Shown here: positions 18,471-27,029 of the stretch, one piece after another | Layout: the number at the start of each line of letters is the position of its first letter | How positions within the stretch are numbered: the stretch's first letter is position 1 | Assembly: GCA_045589215.1 (NCBI GenBank) | Contig: JAZNOQ010000028.1 | Coordinates: 1 to 38,383, forward strand | DNA: 38,383 nt | DNA from: Eubacteriales bacterium | GTDB taxonomy: Bacteria; Bacillota; Clostridia; Oscillospirales; CAG-272 | Direction of reading: 5' to 3' | The notes under the pieces: generated by a model | Seen by the model: only the letters and a program-made list of their open reading frames with translations | Told to the model about the DNA's origin: nothing | Database searches by the model: none | Translations under genes and position numbers: made by a program

Positions 18471-19585
18471 CCGTTTGTTTCTCCGTTTTCGATCGCGTTT
18501 TTGAGGAAATCCCGTGATTTTTGGACGAGCTGTGCAAGGTAGGAGTCGTCTCGCTTATATTCGATCCTTTCGGCGGCGAGAAGATGCCCGAGCGTGAAGT
18601 CCTCCTCGGTGCGGCAAAATCTGTCTTCGCTGCCGAAGAGCGGCAGGAGCGTCAGAATGCGCGAATTCATTTCGGATGCCCCAAGGCGATCGAACACAAA
18701 AAAGTCCTTCTCGTAGAGATTTGAAAATACCGCCGCGTGGAAGCTGTCGGTAAAGATGCACTCGGAATTTTTGATAAGGGAAATAAACGCGTTCGGAGAT
18801 ACGCCGTAAAGCCGCTTGTCACCGAAAAAGAGATCGTTCTTCACAAACGTAGTCGGGAAATGCGGCAGTGTCACAACGGTGAGTCCCTTTTCCTTCGCAT
18901 ACTCCGTCGCAAGATCGCGAATGCGCTTGTCCCTGCCGAGAAAGTAGCAAAAGAGATACTTCCCCTTTACCTCTCGCTCCGATGCGACCGCATCCCAATC
19001 GTCACGCGACAGAAGAAGCGTCGGGTCAAGCGTCCACTCGATCGGTTTTTCCGTAAGATCTGTGAGGAGCGACACGGCATCCTCTTCCCTCACCGAGATC
19101 GCGGTATAGTCCTTCAGACTCTCCTTCATTTTCGCGCATTCGTCGTCCGACAGCGCAGAGCATCCAAGGCTTGCGGCGTATGACAGCTTTGTTTTTGTAC
19201 CGTCGACGAAGCCAAGGAAAAACGCGGGCTCATACCACTTATAGTTCCATACCTGATCGCTTCCCGTGATGAAAACGTCATACGCATCGGCGGCACTTTT
19301 CACCGTCTCCCCGTCATAGATATTCTCGCTGTGCGGGATCGCATCACGGAAGGTGCGAAAGGCGCGGCGGCGCTGTTCAAAGCGAGTGCCGTAAAGCACC
19401 TTTTCGATCACGCGCTTCACGGTCGACTTCAGGTCGCGACTGCGAGCCGTCTCCCGTCTACGGTAGGAGATCTGCGACGCATCGTATCCCATCTCCCGAA
19501 GCACCTCGGTGAGCGCATAAGCCTGGAGACATCCGCCGTAATTCACGTTTCCGTAGTAATGTGTGATAATTCCGATTTTTTTCAT
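18467..19585 (-). CDS. Polysaccharide pyruvyltransferase family protein
   Basis: KIGIIT, NYGGCLQAYAL, ITGSDQVWN, SYAASLG, ISVRE, DPTLLL, TDSFHAAVFS. Confidence 0.9.
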   Translation of the reverse strand: MKKIGIITHYYGNVNYGGCLQAYALTEVLREMGYDASQISYRRRETARSRDLKSTVKRVIEKVLYGTRFEQRRRAFRTFRDAIPHSENIYDGETVKSAADAYDVFITGSDQVWNYKWYEPAFFLGFVDGTKTKLSYAASLGCSALSDDECAKMKESLKDYTAISVREEDAVSLLTDLTEKPIEWTLDPTLLLSRDDWDAVASEREVKGKYLFCYFLGRDKRIRDLATEYAKEKGLTVVTLPHFPTTFVKNDLFFGDKRLYGVSPNAFISLIKNSECIFTDSFHAAVFSNLYEKDFFVFDRLGASEMNSRILTLLPLFGSEDRFCRTEEDFTLGHLLAAERIEYKRDDSYLAQLVQKSRDFLKNAIENGETNG

Positions 19586-19588
19586 ATC

Positions 19589-20563
19589 TTACCGCCGTAT
19601 CCTCCGATAGAGCTTTCGAAGACTTGTATAAAGCTGAAAGACCGTCCGTCCCCTGAGAAGCATTCCGATCTTCTTCTTGTGATAGTCGCTGAAAAGATCC
19701 TTCACGTCATCCGTATAAAGGCGGTCGAAATCGGGGCGAAGTGCCGCGTATTCTTCCTTCGTGAGTCTCCCCGTTGCCGCGAGCTTTTCTGTAAGCACGT
19801 AGTCACCGAGCAGAAGTGTCTTTTCTGCATAGTGACGGTCGCTCGGGAAGCGTTCCTCCATTTTTTCAAGCATTTTTATGCTTGCCGTCCGCACCGAGCG
19901 GAAGGACTCCCGAAACGAGCCGTACAGAGCCGAGTCGGGATTATAAATATAATGGTACCGTTGGATCCTTTGATATACGACCTTTTCACATCGTGCGAAA
20001 AGATCCCAGAGGAAGAGCATATCCTCAAAGATCGTTACCGAGGGGTCAAGGCGTGTCTCTCCTATGAGCTCTTTTTTTACGATCTTATTCCAAAGCTGAC
20101 CCTGAAACAGCTCCCCGTGATGCATCACACGGATCGCCTCGCGCCCACTGAAGGCTTGCACCGCCTCGCCGTCAAGCGATCGGTCGGGCGGATCTTCGCT
20201 TTGCACCGAGGAGACCACCGCGACGTCGGCACCGTTCTCCGTAACGAGCCGATAGAGGTCCTCGTACATATCGGGCTCTGCAAAGTCATCGCTGTCGCAG
20301 AAGCCGATATAGCCGCCGTGTGCCGCTTCAAGCCCCTTGTTACGCGCCGCGGAAACGCCTGCGTTTTCCTGCCGAATATGAACGAAACGCGGGTCCTTCT
20401 CCGCAAAGCCCTTACAGATCTCGGGAGAGCTGTCGGTCGAGCCATCATCGATCATCAACACCTCTATCTCTCGGAAGGTCTGATTTTTTAAGCTGTCAAG
20501 GCACTTTTCGAGATATTTTTCCGCGTTGTAGATCGGCACGATGATCGAAATTTTCGTTTCCAT
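19589..20563 (-). CDS. Glycosyltransferase family 2
   Basis: ISIIVPIYNAEKYLEKCLDS, IDDGSTD, NAGVSAARNKGL, FCDSDD, LWNK, FED; RBS GGAGG before ATG 20563. Confidence 0.92.
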   Translation of the reverse strand: METKISIIVPIYNAEKYLEKCLDSLKNQTFREIEVLMIDDGSTDSSPEICKGFAEKDPRFVHIRQENAGVSAARNKGLEAAHGGYIGFCDSDDFAEPDMYEDLYRLVTENGADVAVVSSVQSEDPPDRSLDGEAVQAFSGREAIRVMHHGELFQGQLWNKIVKKELIGETRLDPSVTIFEDMLFLWDLFARCEKVVYQRIQRYHYIYNPDSALYGSFRESFRSVRTASIKMLEKMEERFPSDRHYAEKTLLLGDYVLTEKLAATGRLTKEEYAALRPDFDRLYTDDVKDLFSDYHKKKIGMLLRGRTVFQLYTSLRKLYRRIRR

Positions 20564-20597
20564 AGCGGTCTCCTCCCGTTTTTTCATTTCTTTATTT

Positions 20598-20626
20598 ATT
20601 GTAGCATACTTTCATAAATAAATCAA
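20598..20626 (-). promoter_or_regulatory. Sigma-A promoter of the glycan cassette
   Basis: TTGATT-17 nt-TACAAT with TG extension. Confidence 0.65.
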
Positions 20627-20667
20627 CTCTTTTTTTCACGCAGGAAAAAATTTCGAAAAAGGGCAAG

Positions 20668-20701
20668 GGGCAGGTCTCTGCCTTCCGCATCAGACCTGCC
20701 C
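20668..20701 (-). terminator. Hairpin/probable terminator after the DAGK-family gene
   Basis: GGGCAGGTCT-14 nt-AGACCTGCCC, followed on minus strand by CTTGCCCTTTTT. Confidence 0.55.
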
Positions 20702-20756
20702 TATCGTATCAAAACAAACCCGATATTTGATTTTAACACGCGCTCAAATCGTGCCC

Positions 20757-21635
20757 TTATTCTGCACAGGCAGGGCTCATACTATGTACGCGTGCGCTGT
20801 ATTCGGTGACACCGAGGTGCGTCTCGCCGTCGATCTGAACCGCTCTCGGCTGATCAAACCTGACCGAGATCTCCTTGCCCGTGAGCATCGCCACGTGCTT
20901 TGTGTGCTTCACATGCTCACCACGAAAGATCTTCGGGAAGATCATCAGGGTCTTCAGTCTGCCCGAGCCGTGGAACAGGAGGACCGACAGCGTTTTTCCC
21001 TCTGCCTTTCTGTCCTGCACGGGAGTTGCCATCATACCGCCGCCGTAGAACCGACCGTACATCGTCGGAGCGAGCCACGCCTTCTTGAACACGTACTCCT
21101 TTCCGTCGACAGTGATATATGCCGTTGTGGGATGATAGCTGAAGAGGCAGCCCTTGATCGCGATCGCGGTATAATTGATCTTCTTTTCAGGGCTATCTCT
21201 GCGGATCATATCCCCCACCTCACAGCAGTAGCCGTCGATGCCGTAGCCGACGCCGTTGAGGAAGAGATGCTCCTCCCCGTTTACCGTAACCGTGGGAAGC
21301 TCCTTCAGGTATTCGTTCAGCGGAAGCGGCTGATCCGCGCCGTCGATATCGCGCCAGAAGTCGTTTCCGCTTCCGCACGGGAAATAAAGCAGCGTATGCT
21401 CGATCGTGAGCCCCTTCGTCGCATTGATAAAACGGTTCAGCGTGCCGTCGCCACCACACAGAATGATCTCATCGGAGAGCGGGATCTCCGCAAAAAAGTA
21501 ACGGAAATCCTCCACCTTCGTCATATCACGATAGATCACGTTCTCTGCTCCGTAGATCGCGTCGAGGCGTTTCGCCTCCTCCGCGCCGCGTCGGTTGCAG
21601 GACAAGGGGTTAAACAGTGCGTAATATTTCTTCAT
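20757..21635 (-). CDS. Diacylglycerol/lipid kinase family protein (YegS/DgkB-like)
   Basis: FNPLS, CGGDGTL, PCGSGNDF, FLNGVGYGIDG, FYGGGM, QIDGE; RBS GGGAG before ATG 21635. Confidence 0.87.
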   Translation of the reverse strand: MKKYYALFNPLSCNRRGAEEAKRLDAIYGAENVIYRDMTKVEDFRYFFAEIPLSDEIILCGGDGTLNRFINATKGLTIEHTLLYFPCGSGNDFWRDIDGADQPLPLNEYLKELPTVTVNGEEHLFLNGVGYGIDGYCCEVGDMIRRDSPEKKINYTAIAIKGCLFSYHPTTAYITVDGKEYVFKKAWLAPTMYGRFYGGGMMATPVQDRKAEGKTLSVLLFHGSGRLKTLMIFPKIFRGEHVKHTKHVAMLTGKEISVRFDQPRAVQIDGETHLGVTEYSARVHSMSPACAE

Positions 21636-21692
21636 ATCAAAAGTCTCCCGTAAAAAAGTATAGATGCTTACGGTTCTATGATAACAAAGAAA

Positions 21693-21721
21693 TTTCAAGT
21701 TTTCTTCAACAGAACCTCAAC
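21693..21721 (-). promoter_or_regulatory. Three 11-bp-phased direct repeats (TTGAG/TTGAA/TTGAA), putative OmpR-family binding site
   Basis: Plus-strand TCAA at 21695, 21706 and 21717; they flank the -35 position of an extended -10 (TGtTATCAT, -10 at 21678-21683) that has no good -35. Confidence 0.5.
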
Positions 21722-21750
21722 TTTTGTTGAGATTTCGACAAAATTCGCCG

Positions 21751-22833
21751 TCAGATGCTCTCCTCGGGCAAAGAAACGGTGAAGCGACAACCGCCCTCTG
21801 CGCGGTTCTCCGCCGAGATCCTGCCGCCCGCAAGGTCGAGCACCTTCTTGACAAGCGCAAGTCCAAGCCCGTTCCCTTCCTCCTTATGAGAGGTATCCGA
21901 CTGATAGAATTTATCGTAAATATGCTTTTTCGCCTTTTCGTCGATGCCGGGACCGCTATCCTCGATCACGCATACGATCTCTCCGTCCGCGCGGGTAAGG
22001 GAGATGCGGACGAGCCCCAACGGCGGAGAGAACTTGATCGCGTTTTCAAAGAGATTGATCCAGACGTGGAGCAGGATCCCTTCGTTTCCGTAATAATGCA
22101 CCTCGTCAAGTGAAACGTCGAATTCGGTTCCCTTCTCCGACCACTTCGGCTCAAGTGCGACGATCGCCTGCCGCAGCTGCTCGTCGAGGCGGTAGCTTTT
22201 TTTCTGCCCGTCGATCGCTTGCGTATCAAGCTTTGAAAGGAGGAGGATATTTCCGACGAGCGTGGACATCCGCTGCGTGCTGAGGCGGATCCGTTCAAGG
22301 TACTGCGCGCGTTCCTCGGACGTGATCGTTTCATCCTCAAGAAGCATCGCATAGCCCTCGATCGCGTTCAGCGGCGTTTTGAACTCGTGTGAGACGTTCG
22401 AAACGAAATCCGACTGCAGGATCTCGGTCGCCTTTAGCTCCTTCACCATCACGTCAAAGCTTCGGTTGATGCTTTCGATCTCGCGGATCCTACTGCCGTT
22501 CGGAACCGAGACGCTGAAGTCTCCCTCCGCGACTGCATCCATCGCCTCCTGAAGCCGTCTGATCGGGCGCACGATGAGCCATCCGATCAGCACGGTCAGA
22601 CCGAATGCGATCACGAGACTGAACAGCACCTGAAACCACGGTGTCGTAAAGCCCACCGTTCGGTCGAGATACTTGTTGAGAAGCTCGGAAATAAACAGTG
22701 CCACCGACACCGAAACGAAGATCAGTGCCATACTGATCGCCGTAAAGTACCACGTAAATCCGATCGTGCGCCGCCCGATCTTTTTCAGCATACGGAGCTG
22801 TCTTTGCCTTCTTTCCCGCTTTTCCGTCCTCAT
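21751..22833 (-). CDS. Sensor histidine kinase (2 TM, HAMP, HisKA, HATPase), HssS-like
   Basis: FVSNVSHEFKTPL H-box, NLFENAIKF, DSGPGI, IYDKFYQ, GNGLGL; two close N-terminal TM helices. Confidence 0.92.
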   Translation of the reverse strand: MRTEKRERRQRQLRMLKKIGRRTIGFTWYFTAISMALIFVSVSVALFISELLNKYLDRTVGFTTPWFQVLFSLVIAFGLTVLIGWLIVRPIRRLQEAMDAVAEGDFSVSVPNGSRIREIESINRSFDVMVKELKATEILQSDFVSNVSHEFKTPLNAIEGYAMLLEDETITSEERAQYLERIRLSTQRMSTLVGNILLLSKLDTQAIDGQKKSYRLDEQLRQAIVALEPKWSEKGTEFDVSLDEVHYYGNEGILLHVWINLFENAIKFSPPLGLVRISLTRADGEIVCVIEDSGPGIDEKAKKHIYDKFYQSDTSHKEEGNGLGLALVKKVLDLAGGRISAENRAEGGCRFTVSLPEESI

Positions 22834-23501
22834 TTTTTTACCACCTTATAGCCGATCCCGCGCATCGTCATGATCTCGAAATCGGGATTGTCGCGGAATT
22901 TCTCGCGCAGACGTCCGATGTGTACCTCGACCGTATGGGTATCGCTCCCCGAGCCGTAGCCCCAGATATCGTCCATCAGCTGCTGGCGCGTGAAGATCCT
23001 GTTCGGATAGGACGCCATCTTATAAAGCAGCATAAACTCCTTCTGCGGGAGGATCACGCCGTCTCCGTTTGAAAAAACGGTCAGCGAGTCGCATTCAAGC
23101 ACGGTGCCGCCGACCGTCAGGCGGCGTTCGCTGATCATTTGCGAGCGCCGAAGAAGTGCCGCAACGCGAAGCACCATTTCGTTCACGTTGACGGGCTTGA
23201 CCATATAATCGTCGCCGCCCGAGAGGAAGCCGAGGCGCATATCGTCAAAGGCGTCCTTTGCGGTGATCATCATTACGGGGATGTTGCTTCCGCTCTCGCG
23301 AAGCGCCCGAACAAGCTCATAGCCGTCCATCACAGGCATCATAATGTCCGATATCACGAGGTCAAAGTAATCCTCCGCGAGTGCGTGGAGCGCCTCCTCG
23401 CCGTTCGAAACGCCCTTCACGCTGTAGCCGTTTTTCACAAGGACGTGTCCGAAGAGCTGCCGTAGCTCCCTGTCATCTTCCGCGATCAGAATTTTAAACA
23501 T
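22830..23501 (-). CDS. OmpR-family response regulator, HssR-like
   Basis: ILIAEDD, SDIMMPVMDG, DDYMVKP, LPQKEF, FTRQQLMDDIWG, TVEVHIGRLR, RGIGY; ATGA overlap with the kinase. Confidence 0.93.
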   Translation of the reverse strand: MFKILIAEDDRELRQLFGHVLVKNGYSVKGVSNGEEALHALAEDYFDLVISDIMMPVMDGYELVRALRESGSNIPVMMITAKDAFDDMRLGFLSGGDDYMVKPVNVNEMVLRVAALLRRSQMISERRLTVGGTVLECDSLTVFSNGDGVILPQKEFMLLYKMASYPNRIFTRQQLMDDIWGYGSGSDTHTVEVHIGRLREKFRDNPDFEIMTMRGIGYKVVKK

Positions 23502-23724
23502 CCTTATGCCCCCTTTCTTCATATATTACTATAATATAATCGCCCCCTAAAAGTCAATAGGCAATTTGTAAAAATCATCAATTCAAAAGAAAAAGCCGTG
23601 CCTTCTCCTCATGTTCAAAAAAACTTTTCATATCCCTCATTTCGTCATCACAACCTTGTGCTATCCTATAAAAACTCGGATCTATCTTCGCAAAGAAAGC
23701 TCCCTCTCTCAGAAAGGAACGCAT

Positions 23725-24228
23725 ATGAAAATTCGAAAGGCAACCGTCGCAGAGTTTGACAGCATTATGACGATCTATACAGACGCGCGGGAATATATGC
23801 GCGAAAGCGGCAACAAGACGCAGTGGTCGGGCGGGTATCCGTCCGAGGGGCTCGTCCGCGCGGATATCGATGCGGGGGATCTTTACGTTGTCACCGAGGA
23901 CGGCGATCCCGCGCGGCTTCTCGGCGTATTCTATTACCGTGAGGGGAATGACCCTACCTATGAAAAAATTTACGAGGGCTGTTGGCAGAACGAAGATCCC
24001 TACGGCGTGATCCACCGCATTGCCGTTGCAAAGGACAGCCACGGACGAGGTGTCGCTGCCTTCTGCTTTTCCTACGGCTTTTCCCTATGTAAAAATCTCA
24101 AGATCGACACGCACCGCGACAACCTGCCGATGCAGAGGTCTCTCCTGAAAAACGGCTTTCTCCCCTGCGGCGTGATCTATCTCGAAAACGGCGAGGAGCG
24201 GCTCGCGTTTCAGAAATGTGACATATAA
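23725..24228 (+). CDS. GNAT-family N-acetyltransferase
   Basis: MKIRKAT, QWSGGYP, VIHRIAV...HGRGVA, IDTHRDNLPMQRSLLKNGF; RBS AGAAAGGA. Confidence 0.85.
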   Translation: MKIRKATVAEFDSIMTIYTDAREYMRESGNKTQWSGGYPSEGLVRADIDAGDLYVVTEDGDPARLLGVFYYREGNDPTYEKIYEGCWQNEDPYGVIHRIAVAKDSHGRGVAAFCFSYGFSLCKNLKIDTHRDNLPMQRSLLKNGFLPCGVIYLENGEERLAFQKCDI

Positions 24229-24235
24229 AAACAAC

Positions 24236-24265
24236 AAAAAGCCTGCGGCTTTTCCGCAGGCTTTT
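24236..24265. terminator. Bidirectional terminator (GNAT / rpsU)
   Basis: AAAAGCCTGCGG-CTTTT-CCGCAGGCTTTT. Confidence 0.88.
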
Positions 24266-24293
24266 ATGTTCGCGCGTTTGCGACGCTCGAAGA

Positions 24294-24470
24294 TTACTTA
24301 TACTTGCGCTTACGAGCAGCTTCAGACTTCTTCTTGCGCTTTACGCTGTGCTTTTCGTAGTGCTCTCTCTTGCGAAGCTCGGTAAGAACGCCGGAACGAG
24401 CGGTAGCACGCTTAAAGCGACGGAGTGCGCTGTCGAGCGACTCGCCCTCTTTAACCTTGATCTCTGCCAT
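24294..24470 (-). CDS. rpsU: 30S ribosomal protein S21 (58 aa, absent from the ORF track)
   Basis: [58 protein letters not shown]; RBS GGAGGGAGG. Confidence 0.97.
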   Translation of the reverse strand: MAEIKVKEGESLDSALRRFKRATARSGVLTELRKREHYEKHSVKRKKKSEAARKRKYK

Positions 24471-24551
24471 ATTTGATTTCCCTCCCTCCGCGTTGCCGGT
24501 TTGAAAGACAATTCATTACATTGCGGCAGATACATTCTGCCACATTGGTAT

Positions 24552-24580
24552 ATTATACACGTTTCTCATTCGTTTGTCAA
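24552..24580 (-). promoter_or_regulatory. Consensus sigma-A promoter of rpsU
   Basis: TTGACA-17 nt-TATAAT. Confidence 0.88.
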
Positions 24581-24666
24581 GAGTTAATTGCGTTATTTTT
24601 TTGCATTTTTACAAAAAAATCATAATTATCGAAAAAAGCAGAGCGTCTTTACACGCGTTCGTGCGG

Positions 24667-25452
24667 TCAATCCTCTTTTTGTTCCTTCTCTCTTCTCTTT
24701 GCGAAATGTGAGGGACTGACACCCATGCGCGACTTGAACATCTTGGAAAAATTACAAGCATCCTCATATCCCGAAAGCCGCGCCGCTTCCGAAACGCTGC
24801 ACCCACGCATAAGACACCGCTCCGCCTCTTCCATTCGCACCGAAATGAGATACTCCTGAATACTCTTCCCCGTTTTTTCCTTGAAAATACGTGAAAGATA
24901 GCGCCTGTCGAGGTTCATCTGCTCGGCGATGCGCTCAACCTTGACTTCCTGCATATACATCGCATGCACGTAGTCCTTCACGCGGCGCACGTAGTGCATA
25001 TTCCGCCCGTGATCTTTCGAAAAGAGCGTGGCATAAAAGAGAAAAAGCTCGGACGCAAGCACGTATTCGTTTACCCGTCCGTCGGACGAGGGGCAGAAAA
25101 AGATCCGTTCCGCGCCACTCGGCACATGAAAAACGGGCGGAAGCTCGGCAAACCGATCGGACAGCGCACCGTCAAATCCGATCCAACGATAATGCCACGG
25201 ATCCTCTCGGTCGGCAGAATAGACCGTCGTTTCCCCGGGCAGGATCCGAAAGATCTCCCCCGCCGAAACGCGGTAGGTCTCTCCCCCGACGGTGTAAAAG
25301 CCGACGCCCGACTCCACGTAGTGAAGGAGGGTATATTTTCGCACGGCAGGTCCATAGGTGTGCCCCGCGGCACAGTCCTCCCGTCCGTACACGATTGGAT
25401 TCAGATCCTTCAGGTGTCGGTTCATCAAAAAGGATTCTCTCGTTCGACTCAT
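24667..25452 (-). CDS. AraC-family regulator (MsmR/MelR-like), divergent from melA
   Basis: YGPAVRKYTLLHYVESGVG, YSADREDPWHYRWIGFDG, C-terminal double HTH (DRRYLSRIFK...GYEDACNFSKMFK...GVSP). Confidence 0.9.
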   Translation of the reverse strand: MSRTRESFLMNRHLKDLNPIVYGREDCAAGHTYGPAVRKYTLLHYVESGVGFYTVGGETYRVSAGEIFRILPGETTVYSADREDPWHYRWIGFDGALSDRFAELPPVFHVPSGAERIFFCPSSDGRVNEYVLASELFLFYATLFSKDHGRNMHYVRRVKDYVHAMYMQEVKVERIAEQMNLDRRYLSRIFKEKTGKSIQEYLISVRMEEAERCLMRGCSVSEAARLSGYEDACNFSKMFKSRMGVSPSHFAKRREKEQKED

Positions 25453-25632
25453 TTGATCGCTCCTCTCCGAATTTATAGTTACATTATACCATATTTCAGT
25501 TACCTAATGCAATGGATTTTTCGAAAAAATTTGATATAATTGAATTAAACTCGGCAGAATTTATGATGTCGAACCGCCAAATCAAGCCGAACTGCAGAAG
25601 CGCGGTCGGCAAAAGCTCAAAGGAGGCACAAA

Positions 25633-26952
25633 ATGAAAATCACGTTTATGGGCGCAGGAAGCACCGTTTTCTCGAAAAACGTCCTCGGCGACACGATGCT
25701 GTGTGAACCCTTCCACGATATGGAGGTGGCACTTTATGACATCGACGGTCAGAGACTTGAGGAGTCCTATCTGCTCATCGAAAAGATGAATCAGTCGATC
25801 AATGAGGGACGCGCCACGATCAAGAAGTATCTCGGCGTCGAGAACCGCAAGGAGGCGCTTCGCGGCGCGGACTTCGTCGTTAACGCCATTCAGGTCGGAC
25901 TTTACGATCCCTGCACGATCATCGACTTCGAGATCCCGAAGAAGTACGGTCTCCGTCAGACGATCGGTGACACGCTTGGGATCGGCGGTATTTTCCGCGG
26001 CCTCAGAACGATCCACGTTCTGAAGGATTTTGCCCGCGATATGGAGGAGGTCTGCCCCGACGCGTGGTTCCTCAACTATACGAACCCGATGGCGATCCTT
26101 TCGGGCTATATGCAGAGACACACGGGCGTTAAGACGATCGGTCTTTGCCACAGCGTGCAGGTCTGCGTTTCGGGCCTTTTCAAGAAGCTCGAAATGGAGG
26201 AATACCTCGACGGGCATCAGGAGAAGATCGCAGGCATCAACCACATGGCGTGGCTCCTTGAGATCACCGACAAGGACGGCAACGACCTCTACCCCGAGAT
26301 CCGCCGCCGTGCGAAGATAAAAAATTCTTCGGAAAAGCACTCGGACATGGTGCGCTTCGACTATATCGACAAGCTCGGCTACTACTGCACCGAGTCGAGC
26401 GAGCATAACGCCGAGTACAATCCCTTCTTCATTAAGCAGGGGCGCGAGGATCTGATCGAAAAATTCAACATCCCGCTTGACGAATATCCGCGCCGCTGTG
26501 TCCGTCAGATCGAAAAATGGAAGGGGCAGTACGAATCCCTGATGTCGGGCAATGCGGTCGAGCATACGCGCTCGAGAGAGTATGCGTCGCACATTATGGA
26601 AGCGATCGTCACGGGCGTTCCCTACAAGATCGGCGGCAACGTGATCAACAACGGGCTGATCCCGAACCTGCATCCCGATGCTTGCGTCGAGGTCCCCTGC
26701 TTCGTCGACCGAAGCGGCATCACCCCGACCTACGTCGGTGCGCTTCCGACCCAGCTCGCGGCAATGAACTCAACGAACGTCTTCACCCAGCTCCTCACGA
26801 TCGAGGCGGCAGCTACGGGCAAGAAGGAGCTGATCTACAACGCCGCAATGATGGATCCCCTCACGGGTGCAAATCTGTCGACCGACGAGATCGTTGCGAT
26901 GTGCGACGAGCTTTACGCGGCACACGAGGCTGCGGGATACCCGATCCTTTGA
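25633..26952 (+). CDS. melA: GH4 NAD+/Mn2+-dependent alpha-galactosidase (melibiase)
   Basis: KITFMGAGSTVF, DFEIPKKYGLRQTIGDTLGIGGIFRGLRTI, NYTNPM, GLCHSVQ, AGINHMAW, TESSEHNAEY. Confidence 0.9.
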   Translation: MKITFMGAGSTVFSKNVLGDTMLCEPFHDMEVALYDIDGQRLEESYLLIEKMNQSINEGRATIKKYLGVENRKEALRGADFVVNAIQVGLYDPCTIIDFEIPKKYGLRQTIGDTLGIGGIFRGLRTIHVLKDFARDMEEVCPDAWFLNYTNPMAILSGYMQRHTGVKTIGLCHSVQVCVSGLFKKLEMEEYLDGHQEKIAGINHMAWLLEITDKDGNDLYPEIRRRAKIKNSSEKHSDMVRFDYIDKLGYYCTESSEHNAEYNPFFIKQGREDLIEKFNIPLDEYPRRCVRQIEKWKGQYESLMSGNAVEHTRSREYASHIMEAIVTGVPYKIGGNVINNGLIPNLHPDACVEVPCFVDRSGITPTYVGALPTQLAAMNSTNVFTQLLTIEAAATGKKELIYNAAMMDPLTGANLSTDEIVAMCDELYAAHEAAGYPIL

Positions 26953-26966
26953 TTTTAATAAAGCAG

Positions 26967-27004
26967 AAAAAGGACTGTCTCACGTAGGAGACAGCCCTTT
27001 TTTC
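26967..27004. terminator. Bidirectional terminator (melA / Ldh_2 gene)
   Basis: AAAAAGGACTGTCTC-ACGTAG-GAGACAGCCCTTTTTT. Confidence 0.82.
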
Positions 27005-27029
27005 TATTCAAATTCAAGCAGCGCTCGAA

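Noticed and set aside
20660-20705. GGAAGGC...AGAGACCTGCC on the minus strand resembling the cobalamin riboswitch B12 box
   Set aside because: Only ~35 nt, forms a simple hairpin, lacks the upstream GGGAA/GCCACTG core, and lies upstream of (outside) the GT2 promoter; better explained as a terminator.
23560-23720. TCAT repeats between the response regulator and the GNAT gene as an HssR-type box
   Set aside because: Spacing is irregular (19, 9, 8 nt) and not helically phased.
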